From contig NC_045697.1 of NCBI RefSeq assembly GCF_009834535.1, positions 105,836,001-105,900,000 on the forward strand: a stretch of DNA of 64,000 nt. Direction: 5' to 3'. Position numbers and translations under genes: made by a program. Position 1 is the stretch's first letter; each line of letters begins with the position of its first letter. This DNA comes from Camelus ferus (taxonomy: Eukaryota). A model generated the notes under the pieces. The model was not told the origin of the DNA, did not search any database, and saw only the letters and a program-made list of their open reading frames with translations. Shown here piece by piece: positions 1-13,328 of the stretch.

Positions 1-1274
1 AAATTGCTAACCCAGCCCCAAGTTAGAAACCAAATGCAATAATCTCATAGACTGGCCATGTTCTTTTCATGATGATATAGGCAAACACTCAACTCTTCCA
101 CTGCTTACTCATATATAAACTGGGATCCCTGAATTTATATGATTCCAGCCATCTATTGTGACTAAATTGTCCCTGATGTGACATTTCAGGCTTCTGTGCA
201 AGCTATTCCACCAGGTTTATGGTGAAAAGCCCATCTGAGATCTGAGGATGAATCTACTGAGACTTGGGTAGCCTGTTTAGTCTTGTGAAATGCTTTTAAA
301 CAGTTCTCATAGCCTCCATTAGATGTAGTTGCAAGCATGTTATTTTCACAGTTCAGCATCTTTCTTCGTAAGGTCAGGCATTGCAATCTGATGATATTCA
401 CAACAAGTCATGTAATACCAAAATCAGTGATACAGGGAAGCCATTTATTTATTGCGCAGGTGTATGCGTGCACTGGGACATACCAGAGCACCAGAACTCT
501 TTACAAGAGTAGGCGCCCTTCACAGGCAACTGCATTCTCCTTCGATTGGTCTTTCCTTGTGATATATTCTAATTGACCTGTCATTAGATAATAGATGTGT
601 ACCATTTCCCCAATTATTCAAATGTCCTTAACAATAATGTAAAACATGAAATCCTTTTTCTTTTTCTTTTTTTTTCATTAAGAAAAAAAAGCTTTCCATC
701 CAACTTGGGGTATCTGATTTGAAATGGTATGTCTTATCCCTCTCCTTTGGATTCCCAGGTCTGAGGAATAAGACAGTAACGAGTTTTTCTAGTAACACAA
801 ATTTGACGGCCCACTTCAACTCACAGTTTGAGATGGCAACTTCCTTGCCTTCTGCATTCTGAGTTATACCTTATGTCTGACAGTCACAAAGACAAATAGT
901 CTTTAGCTCTGGGGAGGCCATGATAAGGCTAACTTTAAGGGAAATTTATGTCATGAAGGTGGCAGGATTGTTTCAGGGAGGGAGTAATGTTTAAAATTGA
1001 ACACAGAAAAGAAGTGTATTACGAGATTTATTTTGCAAAAGTTTTTTTTGTTAAAAAAATTTTTTTGGTAGAAAATCTGATAACATAACTGAAGCGTTCC
1101 TCCATGACTCAATTTAATTTTTATCAAGAAGAAACTGTTTCTACAAGACCAAATATATGTACCAAAAATTTAAAACCCTATTTGACAAAACTAAAAAGAA
1201 AGGAATGATTGCCCAGTAGGCTTAATTTTGGTACATGTGATTGCTGGGTAGCTTCGTGACAATGAAAGGAGGTC

Positions 1275-1525
1275 CTCTTGGATAATGTTTAAGTGCCTAG
1301 ACTCTGGGGTTAGATGGCCTGCGTTCAAATCCAGATTCTACCACTAACTGGCTGTGTGACTTTGCATTTATTATTTCATCCCTTTAAGCATCAGTTTTCT
1401 TGGGAATAAACTGGGAATTAAGATTCTATTTACCTCATAATATTGTGAAGATTAAAGGAAAGATAATATGCATGGAATACTTAGAACAGTGCTTGGATTA
1501 TGGTAAATGTTCATTAACTGGAGGC
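1275..1525 (+). mobile_element. MIR SINE
   Basis: MIR core 'gactctggggttagatggcctgcgttcaaatccagattctaccactaactggctgtgtgac' followed by the typical 'acctcata..ttgtgaagattaaa..cttagaacagtgc' tail. Confidence 0.85.
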
Positions 1526-1879
1526 TAGTTGAACATCATGATTTCCAAGGGCATGTGTGTAGGGGGAGCTAAAAGCTACCCTTTAAAGGCTGACTCCTGT
1601 TTCCCATGGCCACTATGACCATTTTCTTCTCATTTCTAAATATTCCCTATGAACATCTTTAAACACTTAGATGTTATCTCTGTGGTTAATAAAGGAAATT
1701 CTTATCTTATTTAAAAATGTAAATTAGTTGAATGGTGAAATCTAGAATGAAATTCAGATTTGTTTTCCCTCTAGAAAATACCAGCTGTAGTCATCCACAG
1801 AATATGAGTTGCCATTACATCCATACATCCCCCCAAAATTGAAAAAATGTATCCCCTGCCAGGGCCTCAGGGGTATACA

Positions 1880-2110
1880 ACAAATAATACAAGAGTTCTG
1901 TCCACAAGGAGTTTTTCTTCTGTAGAGAAGATAGGACAAATATCAAAGCAAATATAATGTGGAAAAGAATAAGTGCCTGAAACATAGGGATGAAGTATGT
2001 TTGGAGTTCAGAGGATGGTATGATCCCTTGAATCTGTTGATCAAAGCAAAATTCATGGCAGAGGTAGCTATTGAACCAGGCCTTGAGTGATAGGAAGACT
2101 TGGTGTGATA
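1880..2110 (-). mobile_element. LINE-2 3' fragment (degenerate)
   Basis: Resembles antisense L2 ('aaattcatggcagaggtagctattgaaccaggccttga'). Boundaries approximate. Confidence 0.5.
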
Positions 2111-2112
2111 TT

Positions 2113-3023
2113 CAGAGGCACAAATATACAATGGAGAAAAGACAGTCTCTTTGGCAAGTGGTGTTGGGAAAGCTGGACAGCCTCATGTAAATCAATGAAG
2201 TCACAACATTCCCTCACACCATACACAAAAATAAACTCAAAATGGCTAAAAGACTTAAATATAAGACATAACACCATAAAACTCCTAGAAGAGAACATAG
2301 GCAAAACATTCTCTGACATAAACTGTAGCAATGTTTTCCTAGGTCAGTCTACCAAGGCAATAGAAATAAAAGCAAAAATAAACAAGTGGGACCTAATCAA
2401 ACTTAAAAGCTTTTTCACAGCAAAGGAAACCATAAACAAAGTAAAAATACAACCTACGTATAGACTGGGAGAAAATATTTGCAAATGATGCAACTGACAA
2501 GGGCTTAACTTCCAGAATATACAAACAGCTCATACAATTCAATAACAAAAACCAAACAATCCGATCAAAAAATGGGCATAAGACCTAAAGAGACATTCCT
2601 CCAATGAAGACATCCAGACAGCCAAGAGGCACATGAAAAAATGCTCAATATCACTAATTATTGGAGAAATGCAAATCAAAACTACAATGAGATATCACCT
2701 CACACCATTCAGAATGGCCATCATTAAAAAGTCAACAAATGATAAATGCTGGAGAGGGTGTAGAAAAAAGGGAACCCTCCTACACTATTGGTGGGAATGT
2801 ACGTTGGTGCAGCCAGTATGGAAAACAGTATGGAGATTCCTTAAAAAACTAAAAATAGAGCAACTATATGATCCAGCAGTCCCACTCCTGGGCATATATA
2901 TGGAGGAAACTCTATTCAAAAAAATACATTCACCCCAGTGTTCATAGCAGCACTATTTACAATAGCCAAGACATAGAAGCAACCTAAATGTCTAGCGACA
3001 GATGACTGGATAAAGAAGATGTG

Positions 3024-3068
<45 letters not shown>

Positions 3069-3585
3069 TATTCCTTTATATATATGTATAAAGGAATACT
3101 ACTACTCAGTCATAAAAAAGAATGAAATGATGCCATTTGTAGCAACATGGGTGGACCTGAAGATCATCATACTAAGTGAAGAAAGTGAGAAAGAGAAAGA
3201 AAAATACCATATGATTTCACTTAAATGTGGAATCTAAAAAAAATAGGGACATTGTAAATGAACTTATTTGTAAAACAGAGACAGACTCACAGACATAGAA
3301 AACAAACATATCATTACCAGGGAGAAAAGGGAGGGGTGGAGGGATAAATTGGGGGTGTGGGATTTGCCAATACTAATTACTATATATAAAATATATAAAT
3401 ACATAGCACAGGGAACTATATTCAGTGGCTTGTAGTAACTTGTAATTAAAAAGAATATAGAAAATGTGTGTGTGGGCATGTATATATATATAAATATAAA
3501 TAACTGTATCACTATGCTGTACACTGGAAACTGCTACAACATTGTAAATCAACTATACTTAATAAAAATGGGGAAAAAAAGAAAA
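2113..3585 (+). mobile_element. 5'-truncated, relatively young LINE-1 (ORF2 C-terminus, 3'UTR, A-rich tail)
   Basis: ORFs 2087-2488 ([37 protein letters not shown]) and 2633-2947 ([19 protein letters not shown]) match L1 ORF2p C-terminal motifs. An L1 3'UTR, AATAAA and A-rich tail follow. The reading frame is broken. Confidence 0.95.
3024..3068. repeat. (GATA)n microsatellite inside L1
   Basis: About 11 tandem gata units read directly. Confidence 0.95.
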
Positions 3586-3789
3586 TGCAACAGTGACAGC
3601 AATTGCATTAGTATCTTATTAGTTTTGATTTTTCTAGTCATAGGTTTGTGTAGCAAGTTATTTTTTCTGCAAGGGTTTTGCCTATGAGATAAAGTTTAAG
3701 ATAATTTGATTGTCCACGCTACAGGTTGTGGAGAGATTGTTGGAGGGGTGGTTTCTTACTGTAACTGCCTCACCTCAAAATTCACTCAG

Positions 3790-4400
3790 ATAGACATATA
3801 AAAGTTAAAACTATCAAATTTCTAGAGGAAAATATTAGAGAACACTTTGCAACCTATGGGTAGGTTTATCAACATTTGTAAATTATACCTCATACAAATG
3901 AAAAATCTTTACTATCAGAAGAAACCATTAAGAAAATCAGACTAGGAGAAAGTACATCTATTCTGAATATATAAAGAACCCTTTCAATCTGATATAGACA
4001 ACCCAATTTTCAAAAGGGCAAAAGACTTTAACATATATTATTCCAAAGAAGATATACAAGTGGCCAATAAGCAAATGAATAGATGTTCAACATCATTTGT
4101 CAAGACAAGGAGAATAAAACTTCAGTGAACTACAGCTGATTAAAATTAAAAAGAAGGACCATATGAAGTGTTGATGAGGATGTGGAACAACTGAAAACCT
4201 TATACATTGCTGGTAAGAATGAAAAATGGTACAGCTCATTGGAAACACAGTGTGACAGTTCCTTCTAAAGCTAAACACATATTATGCATGACCCAGGAAT
4301 TCCACTCTTAAGTATTTACCCAAAGAAAATGAAAACACATGTCTACAAAAAAAGATAAAACAAAACAAAACAAAAAAACTTGAACAAGAATGTACAAGGA
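3790..4400 (+). mobile_element. Old LINE-1 (L1M-type) ORF2 3' fragment
   Basis: Degenerate L1 motifs 'aaagaagatatacaagtggccaataagca' and 'gacccaggaattccactcttaagtatttacccaaagaaaatgaaaacacatgtc'. Confidence 0.8.
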
Positions 4401-4439
4401 TAGGACTTGATATAACAAATATATTTAAAATGACTTACA

Positions 4440-6700
4440 GGAGCAGGGGATGTATATATTTTTTCAAGTACAAATGGAGCATTTATAAAAATTTACTATG
4501 TATTAGGTAAAAATACCAGTCACAACGTAATTCCAAGAATGGATATTATATGGATCACATTCTCCAATCACTAGAAAATATCAGTAAAACATATCTCCCT
4601 CAATCCACATATATTTAGTAATTTAAACACCTACTCATGGGTTATAGAAGGAAATACTATGAAAATTAGGAAATATTTTGACTATAATACTACAACATAT
4701 TAAAATTGTAGGGGTGCAGTTCACGCCATATTTAGAGATTAATATACAGCTTTAAGTGTATTTATTTAAAAAAAAAGTTAAACTTTCAATTTATGAAGCT
4801 ACAAAGATAAGATCAGAATAAACCAAAAGAAGTCAAAGGAAAGAATTAATAAAATAAAAGCAGATTTCAATAAGTGGAAAACAAAGAAATAATGGCAAGA
4901 GTCAGAAAAATCCAGAACTGGTTGCTTGAAAAGATGACTAAACAGACAAACTTGAAGCAGATCTGACTTAAAATAAATAAGTAAAAATAAACAATATTAG
5001 GACTGGAAAGGAGGCTACAAGTGCAAAAGCCGTGAGCCTTAAAAAATCCTAAGAAAATACCCTGGACAACTTTATTTCAACTTCACTGAAAACTTGGAAG
5101 AAATGAGAAATTTTCTGGGGAAAAAAGGTCTTTTTTTTAGAAATAGCCTAGCATAATGATTAAGAGTGCAGCATCTGAGTCATACTGCCTGGGTCTGAAT
5201 CCCAGCTTACCACTTACAGTGGGTTTTGAGCAAATTAATTAAACTCTCAATTTTTCCATCTGGAAAATGTGACTAATCATAGTGCTTTGCAGTACATTGG
5301 TATAAAGGCTGAAATAATGTTTGAAACGTGCATTGGAATACCACCAGGCAAATATTAAGTGCTTGATACATGGTAATGTTTGTTATTTTTGTTAGTATGA
5401 ATTACCAACTCTAACTCAAGAAGAACAGAAATAATGAATAAACCAATAGTAACTAAAAATTAAGGAGTAAAAACATACTGCGTCTATAGTCACCATTTGC
5501 ACTGTTTTGTGTATGAGCTTTATCAGACTTTTATATAACAGTAGTTCTCAACTTTAATAAACATCTTCAGAGAATTATGAAACAGGATAAGCTACTCGAT
5601 ATATTTTACAAAGCTAATATAACCTTGATACAGGACACTATAGTACTGGATAGAGACAGCACAAGAAAAAACATACAAACCATTGTCAATTAACAACATA
5701 GTTGTTTTAAACATAATTGAAAAAATACCAAAAATTGACAAATTCAAGAGTATATTAAAAAAACATTATGCCAAAGTATTCTCTGAAATGAAGTTAGTAC
5801 ATCAGAGGGATCTATTCATGTAACACATATAATCTTAAAGGATGCAGAAAAAATAAGTTGATAAAATTTAACAAATCATGTTAAAAATGTTTTACAAAGT
5901 AAGAGTGCAGAGAAGCTTCATACATTTCTTAACTTAAATTCCTGGCAAAATAGGATTTGATGTTAAAATATGTCCTTCAGAAATTTGCAGTAAACATCAC
6001 ATTTAATGTTAAGATTTTAGCAGCATTCCCATTAAAGCAAAGAGCAAATGGTAATTCCTGCACTTAACATTTCTGTTCAGTATTGTCCTGAGGCCCTACT
6101 TGTTACAAAAGGAAAAGACAAAGGAAAACCAGAAGAATTGAAAAAGAAGAGATAAAGCATCCTTCATTAGGTGATATAATTATCATTTAATTGGGCAATA
6201 TACAAACTTTCAGAACTAACAGTGAATGCTAATGTTTCTTGATATGAACCAAATGTACCTAAACATACAATGATAACCCTAACCCTGTAGATTGTTTTAT
6301 TATATTATAGAAAAAAAATCTCATGTTTTTAGTTATAAAATATAAAAGGTATGTCAGAATAAGTATAACAAAATCTGTAAGAATTTATGAAGAAATTACA
6401 AAAAAAAATACTGACATGAAAGAAGACAGTAAGTAATGGAGAAAAATATGGTGTTAAGTTAAGTATAAACTCAATATTGTGATGATATAAGTTCTATGCA
6501 AAGGAATCAAAATATTTCAATAAAAATCTCACCAGGGTGGTTCATGGAGGTAGATAAGTTGTTTCTGAAGTTAAAATAGAAAAGCAAAAGGCAAAAGCAA
6601 AAACGAGACAAATTTGGAGAAGAATTAGTTAAAGAGAGGCTGGTCATAGCAAAACTTAGAAGCTATGGAAATGACAGTGTGACAGTGTGTGTGAATGCAG
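4440..6700 (+). mobile_element. Old LINE-1 ORF2 (end of endonuclease domain through RT region), highly degenerate
   Basis: A-rich L1 ORF2-like blocks ('tatattttttcaagtacaaatggagcattt', 'gatgcagaaaaaa..gataaaatttaaca', 'gcattcccattaaag') in consensus order, interrupted by a MIR. Confidence 0.75.
5143..5385 (+). mobile_element. MIR SINE
   Basis: 'agcataatgattaagagtgcagcatctgagtcatactgcctgggtctgaatcccagcttaccacttac'. Confidence 0.8.
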
Positions 6701-6715
6701 AGACTGGGAAAGAAA

Positions 6716-6734
6716 TTTCTTTTTTTGTGTATGA

Positions 6735-6770
<36 letters not shown>

Positions 6771-7440
6771 TATTGAAGTATATAGTCAGTTACAGTGTAT
6801 CCATTTCTGGTGTACAACATAATGTCCCAGTCATGTATATACATGTATATATTCATTTTCATATTCTTTTTCATTAAAGGCTTATTACAAGATACTGAAT
6901 ATAGTTCCCTGTGCTATACAGAAGAAATTTGTTTTTTATCTGTTTTTATATATAGTGGTTAATATTTGCAAGTCTCAAACTCCCAGTTTCTCCCTTCCCA
7001 CCCTCTTTCCCCCAGCAACCATAAGATTGTTTACTGTCTGTGAGATCATTAGTGTCCTCTTTTTTTCTTTTCTTTTTTCTTTTTTTTTTTTTTAGATTCT
7101 GCATATGAGTGATGTCATATGGTATTTTTCTTTCTCTTTCTGGCTTACCTCACTTAGAATGTTGATCTCCAGGTCCATCCATTGTGCTGCAAATGGCATT
7201 ATTTTATTCTTTTTATGACCGAGTAGTATTCCATTGTATAAATATACCACAACTTCTTTATCCATTCATCTGTCGATGGACATTTAGGTTGTTTCCTTGT
7301 CTTGGTTCTTATAAATAGTGCTACTATGAACACTGCGTGCATATAGCTTTTTGAATTAGAGTTCCCTCTGGATATATGCCCAGGAGTGGGGTTGCTGGAT
7401 CATGTGGTAAGTCTATTTTTAGTTTTTTGAGGAATCTCCA
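6716..7440 (-). mobile_element. Young LINE-1 3' end with (TCTA)n in its tail
   Basis: Antisense L1 3'UTR and ORF2 end ('ttattgaagtatagtcagttacagtg..gttccctgtgctataca..tccattcatctgtcgatggacatttaggttg..tgaggaatctcca'). (CTAT)n at about 6736-6770. Confidence 0.92.
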
Positions 7441-7499
7441 GAAAACAGTAGGGGAGAGTTTTTTTGTTTTTTAATAGAACAAATCAAAACAGGATTGAG

Positions 7500-7740
7500 A
7501 AGCAGTAAGTGATAGTCTCTAGAACATAACTACCTGAATTAAAACCCAGATTTCACCTCTTATCAGCTGGATGACCTTGGGTAAGTTACTTGACATCTAT
7601 ATACTTCAGTTCCCTATATACAAAACAGGGATAAGAAGTTTCTCCATCTCTCAGGGTTGTTGTAAAGATTCAATGAGTTAATAAATATAAGATTGCCTAA
7701 ATAGGACCAAGCTGTCATAAGCATTCAATAATTTTAAATT
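7500..7740 (+). mobile_element. MIR SINE
   Basis: 'gctggatgaccttgggtaagttacttgacatctatatacttcagttcc..cagggttgttgtaaagattcaatgagttaata'. Confidence 0.85.
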
Positions 7741-7769
7741 ATTATTTTAAAGAATTAATATTCAAATAT

Positions 7770-8325
7770 AGAAATAAATCATAAAAATAAGAAAATAGAC
7801 AATCTAATAGAAAAATGAGAAAATACTAGAATTTCAGAAGGACATCCCAATGTCCTATGAACATTAGAAAATGTTCATTAGTAATCAGAGAATACAAATT
7901 AAAATTACAGTGAGTTTCCATTTCATGCTCATCAGATTGGCAAATTTCAAAGTATAGGGCTATGGATCAGTAAAAATCCTGCAAACTGTTGGTAAGAACG
8001 TAGGTTGCTACAAGCAATATGGAGAGTAATTTGGCGTCATCAAGGAATGTTGATGATGCTCATACTACGTAATCCAGCAGTTATACTCCTGAGATATAAA
8101 CCCTAGTGAAATTTTAATAAAGTTGTTCCAAAAAACACATGCAAAACGATTCGTAACAATACCGCTTGTAATAGTAAATAGGTGGAAGCAACCTAAATAT
8201 CTTTCAGTAGAGGAATGGATAAATAATATTGTTATTTTCATGTATGAAAGTACTACACATGGTTGTAGTGAATGAACAAGAGCTACATCCATCAACATGA
8301 ACAAATATCAAAACATGGTGTTAAT
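7770..8325 (+). mobile_element. Old LINE-1 ORF2 3' end / 3'UTR fragment
   Basis: 'ggaagcaacctaaatatctttcagtagaggaatggataaataa' and 'atccagcagttatactcctgagatataaaccctag'. Confidence 0.75.
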
Positions 8326-8329
8326 TGCA

Positions 8330-8575
8330 ATTTGTGTATTAGATCCCATCTCGTCTCACTCAAACAGACCACTATAAGAATTTCTCTCTTTCCTGCATGA
8401 GCAAATTTTCCATTTCTACTGGATTATTCCCATGGGCATACAGCTTGCTATGCTTATCCCTTCTTACATTGTCTCCTAGCTACCATCACATTTCCTGCTA
8501 CTTTATAGCAGAGTTCTTTGAAAAGGTTGACATTACTTGATGTCTATAATTCCCCTGCTCCCTTCTTTTTCTTAA
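8330..8575 (+). mobile_element. LINE-2 RT-region fragment, left half of a split element
   Basis: 'agatcccatctc..ttctactggattattcccatgggcataca..tttatagcagagttctttgaaaaggttg' matches L2 ORF2. The element resumes at about 15850. Confidence 0.75.
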
Positions 8576-8599
8576 TCTTTCTAAATTCTTTTACACATT

Positions 8600-9580
8600 T
8601 CAACAGCAGATGCCTCAAAGTATTATTCACAAGTTTTGTGTCTTCTTTTATCAATTTTATACTTTCAATAGATAATAGTCAAATATTTCATAAATTAAAA
8701 AAATATTTTATATGCAGTAAAAACACTTTTTTATCCTAGTCCTTTCTCTCCACTATTTCTACTCCTCTCTCCCAACTATTACCCATTTTTTTTGTTTTTT
8801 TCAACTATTATTTGTTTCTCATGTATTATTCAGCTTATTTCTACACACGCAAGCAAATGCAAATTTATTTATACTGACTGATTGCTGAAGAATTCTTTTT
8901 TCACTTGATGTGTCTTGGAAGCCATTTCATATTAGCGCATAAAAGCTTTTCAATTATTTTTTATGTGTCAAGTAGTATTTGATTGAATGGAGATACCATA
9001 TAATTTATTTTACCACTTTCCTATTGATGAACATTTTGATAGTTTCCATACTTTTGCATTTACAAACAATGCTGTTATAAGTGACCTTATATATGTGCTA
9101 TTTTGCATGTGAGTAAACATATGTGATGAGATTCTAGAAGTGAAACTCCTAGGTCAAAGCAAAAATGCATTTACTTTCAAAAGATATTAGATATTACTAA
9201 ATTTCTTTTCATAGGAATTGTGCCAATTTAAACTTCTAATAATACGTGGGAGTACCTGCTTCCCTTAGGCCTTCCAAGAAGTTCTACTGTCAAATTATTA
9301 CAATTTTTCTCATTATTATAGGTAGAAAATCATAAGTAGTTTTAGCTTATGTTTATTGAAGTAAATCAAATGAGTATCTTTTCATAGATAAAAAAATTTG
9401 TATTTCTTTTTCTGTGAATTACATGTTTTTATCCTTTATCATTTTTTCATTTGGGTTATTTTTCCTAGTTTCTAGGAGCTCTTTAAATATTGGCAATATT
9501 AGTTATTTTGTCTCACATATTTTTCCTTTATTGTCACTGACTTTTAACTTTGTTTATGATTTTTTCCCAAGCAGAAGTTT
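8600..9580 (-). mobile_element. Old LINE-1 (L1ME-like) 3' part
   Basis: Antisense 'ttgaatggagataccatataatttattttaccactttcctattgatgaacattttgatagtttcc..ttacaaacaatgctg'. Confidence 0.75.
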
Positions 9581-12500
9581 CTTTTTATTTTTTAATTTTT
9601 ATTTTATTTTTATTTTTAATGAAGTATAGTTGACTTGCACTATTACATTAATTTCAGGTGAACAAGATAGCAAGTCTATATTTTTATACAACATACTCCA
9701 TACAAAGTTATTATAAAATATTGACTATATTCCCTATGCTATATATTAACTTGTTAGTTTTATACTGTAATGTTTTAGATTTATACCTAGTAGTTTGTTC
9801 TTTTAATTCCTTTCACCTATTTTGCCCCTTCCCCACCCCTCTCTCCTCTGGTAACCACTAGTTTGTTCTCTTTATTGTGAGTCTTTTTCTGTTTTGTTAT
9901 ATTGGTTTGTCTGTTTTAGATTTTAGATTCCACATGTAAGTGAAAACATACAGTATTTGTCTTCCTCTGTCTCGCTTACTTCACTAGGTGTAATACCCTC
10001 CAGATTCATCCATGTTGTTGTAAACAGCAAAATTTTACTCTTCTTTTATAGCAAAGTAATATTCCATTGTAAATGTACACCATATCTTCTTTTTCCATCC
10101 ATTCATTGATGGACACTTAGGTTGCTTCCATATTGTGGGTATTGTAAATAATGCTGCTATGAACATTGGGGTGCATATATCTTTTGAAATTAGTGCCTTC
10201 TTTTTCTTCAGACACTTCCAAGGGTGGAATTGCAGAATCATATGGTAGTTTTATTTTTAATTTTTTGAGGAACCTCCATACTGTTTTCCATAGTGGCTAT
10301 ACCAATTTACATTACCACCAACAGTGTACAGGTGTTCACTTTTCTCCAAATCCTTGCCAACACTTGTTATTTCTTGTCTTTTTGAGGTTAACCATTCTGA
10401 TAGGTGTGAGGTGATATCTCATAGTGGTTTGATTTGCATTTCACTGTTGATTAATGAGGTTGAGCATCTTTTCATGTGCCTGTTGGCCATTGGTATGCCT
10501 TTTTTTTTTTCCAGAAAATTGCCTATTCAGATCCTCTGCTCTTTTTTTAACCAGGATTTTTTTGATATTGAGTTTTATGAGTTCCTCATATATCTTGGAT
10601 GTTAACCCCTTAACTGACATGTGATTTGAAAATATCTTTCCCATTCAAAAGGTTGTCTTTTTGTTTTGTTGATACTTTCCTTCACTGTCAAATATTTTAA
10701 GTTTGATTAGGGCTCATTTTTTTATTTTTGCTTTAGTTTCCCTTGTCTGAGGAGACAGATTCAAAAAAATGTTGCTAAGACCAATGTCAAAGATCACAGT
10801 GCTGATGCTTTCTTCTGTGAAATTTTTGGTTTTGGGTACTACATGTAGGTATTTAATCCATTTTTTAGTTTATTTTTGTATATGGTGTAAGAAAATGTTC
10901 TCAAAGAAGTTTCATTCTTTTACGAGTAACTGTCCAATTTTTCCACATCACTTATTGAAGGGGCAGTCTTTTCCCCATTGTGTATTCTTGACTCCTTTGT
11001 CATAGATTAATTGACAATATATGCATGGATTTATTTCTGGGCTTTCTATTCTGTTCCATTGATCTATGTCTCTGTTTTTGTGCCAGTACCATACTGTTTT
11101 GATTACTGTAGCTTTACAGTGTCATCTGAAATCAGTGAGTGTGATACCTCCAGCTTTGTCCTTTTTTTCAACATTGCTTTGGCTATTAGCGGTCTTCTGG
11201 GGTTCTAGGCAAATTTTGGGATTATTGGTCCTAGTTTTATGAAAAATGTCCTCGGTATTTTGTTAGGGATTGTATTGAATCCTTAAATTGCTTTGAGTAG
11301 TATGGACATTTTAATAATATTAATTCTTTCAATCCATAAACATGGGATATCTTTCCTTTAATTTGTATCATCTTTAATTTCCTTTATTAATATCTTATAG
11401 GTTTCAGAGGTATTTGACCTCCTTGGTTAAATTTATTCCTAGGTATTTTATTCTTTTTGTTTTGATTGTAAATGGGATTTTTAAAATTTCTTTTTCTGCT
11501 AGTTCATTATTAGTGTATACAAATGCAACAGGTTTCTGTATATAACTGTAATATCTTGTCACTTTACAAAATTCATTCATTAGTTCTAAGAGTTCTTTTG
11601 TAGTGTTTTCAGGATTCTCTCTATATAGTGTCATGTTGCCTGCAAACAGTGACAGTTTTACTTTTACCCTTCCAGTTCGATACCTTTTATTTCTTTTTCT
11701 TGTCTGATTTCTGTAGCTAGGACTTCCAATACAATGTTAAATAGAAGTTGTGAGAGTTAGCAACCTAGGCTGTTCATGATTTAGTCCTCTAAGAAAGCTT
11801 TCAGCTTTTTACCACTGAGTATACTGTTATCTGTGGGTTTGTCATAAAGGTCCTTTATTACATTGAGTTATGTTCCCTCTAAACCAACATTTTTGAGAAT
11901 TTTTATTATGAGTGGAAATTGAATTTTGTCAAATACTGCATCTATTGAGATAATCATGTGATTTTTATCCTTTGTTTTGTTAATGTGTTGTAACATTGAT
12001 TTGCAGATGTTGAAACATCTCGCTTGATCATGGTGTATAATCTTTTATGTATTGTTGAACTCAGTTTGCTAATATTTTGTTGAGAATTTTTGCATTTTTT
12101 TCATCAGAGTTATCAACCTGTAATTTTGTTGTTGTTGTTAGTGTCTTTGTCTAGTTTTGGTATCAGGGTAATGCTGGCCTCATATAATGAGTTTGAAAGT
12201 GTTCCCTCCTCTTCAATTCTTTTGAATAGTTTGAGAAGGATAGACATTAACTCTTCTTTAAATGTTTGCTAGAATTCCCCTGTGAAGCTGTTTGATTTTG
12301 GACTTTTGTTTGTTGGGAGTTTTGTCAAATTACTGCTGCAATTTCACTATCAGTAATTGGTCTGTTTAGATTTTTCTAGCTCTTCCTCACTCAGTCTTTG
12401 AAAAATTAAATGTTCCTAGGAAGTTATCCATTTCTTCTAGGTTGTCCAATGTGTTGGCATATAACTGTTCATAGTATTCTCTTATCATTATTTCTATTTC

Positions 12501-13328
12501 TGTGATATTGATTTAACTTATCTTCTTTCATTTCTTTTTTTTTATTTATAATGATTAGTTTCTGATATACAGCATAGTGATTCAGTTATATACATATATA
12601 TATATATACATACACACACATACTCTTTTTCATATTCTTTTTCATTACAGGTTACTACAAGCCACTGTACTATACAGTAGGACTTTGTTTTTTTATCTGT
12701 TCTGTACACAGTAGTTTATATCAGCCAATCCCAAACTTCTAATTCGTTCCTCCCTCCATCCTTCCCTCCCCTGGTAACCATAAGTTTGTTTTCTATACCT
12801 GTGCTTCATTTCTAATATTCTTTATTTGGGCACTCTTTCTTTTATTTCCTAAATGAGTCTAGCTAAATTTTATCAATTTCATTTATCTTTTCAAAAAACC
12901 GGCTCTTGATTTCATTCATCTTTTCTACTGTTTATTGGTCTCCATTTTATTTATTTCAGCTCTGACCATTATTAGTTCCTTCCTTCTACTGACTTTGGGC
13001 TTTGTTCTTCTTTTTATGACTCCTTCAAATGGAAAGTTAGAATGTTTATTTGAATTTTTTTTTTTTTTTTTTTTGGTTTCTTGAGATAGGCTTGTACTGC
13101 CATAAACTTTCCTCTTAGAACTGCTTTTTTTCTGCATCCCATAGATTTTGGAAAGTTGTGTTTCTATTTTCATTCATCTCAAGGTATTTTTTGATTTCTT
13201 CTTTGGTTTTTTCATTGTTTCATTGGTTTTTTAGTAGCATGTTGTTTAGTCTTTATGTGCTTGTGTATTTTTCCCCAGTTTTCTTTCTGCAATTAATTTC
13301 TACTTTCATACCTTTGTGATTGGAAAAT
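9581..13328 (-). mobile_element. Intermediate-age LINE-1, about 3.5 kb of ORF2 plus 3'UTR
   Basis: Minus-strand ORFs give L1 ORF2p motifs ([61 protein letters not shown]). T-rich tail at the left end. Confidence 0.93.
12536..12804 (-). mobile_element. Young LINE-1 3'UTR stub with 9-bp TSD
   Basis: TSD ttcatttct at 12527-12535 and 12805-12813, followed by aa (TTCT/AA endonuclease-type site). The body matches the young L1 3'UTR seen at 3.3-3.6 kb. Confidence 0.88.

Noticed and set aside
415..445. Minus-strand 'PCITDFGI' resembling a kinase DFG motif
   Set aside because: It is followed almost immediately by a stop and has no other kinase motifs. Chance match.
2087..2947. 133-aa and 104-aa ORFs as host genes
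   Set aside because: They are frame-broken L1 ORF2p C-terminal fragments.
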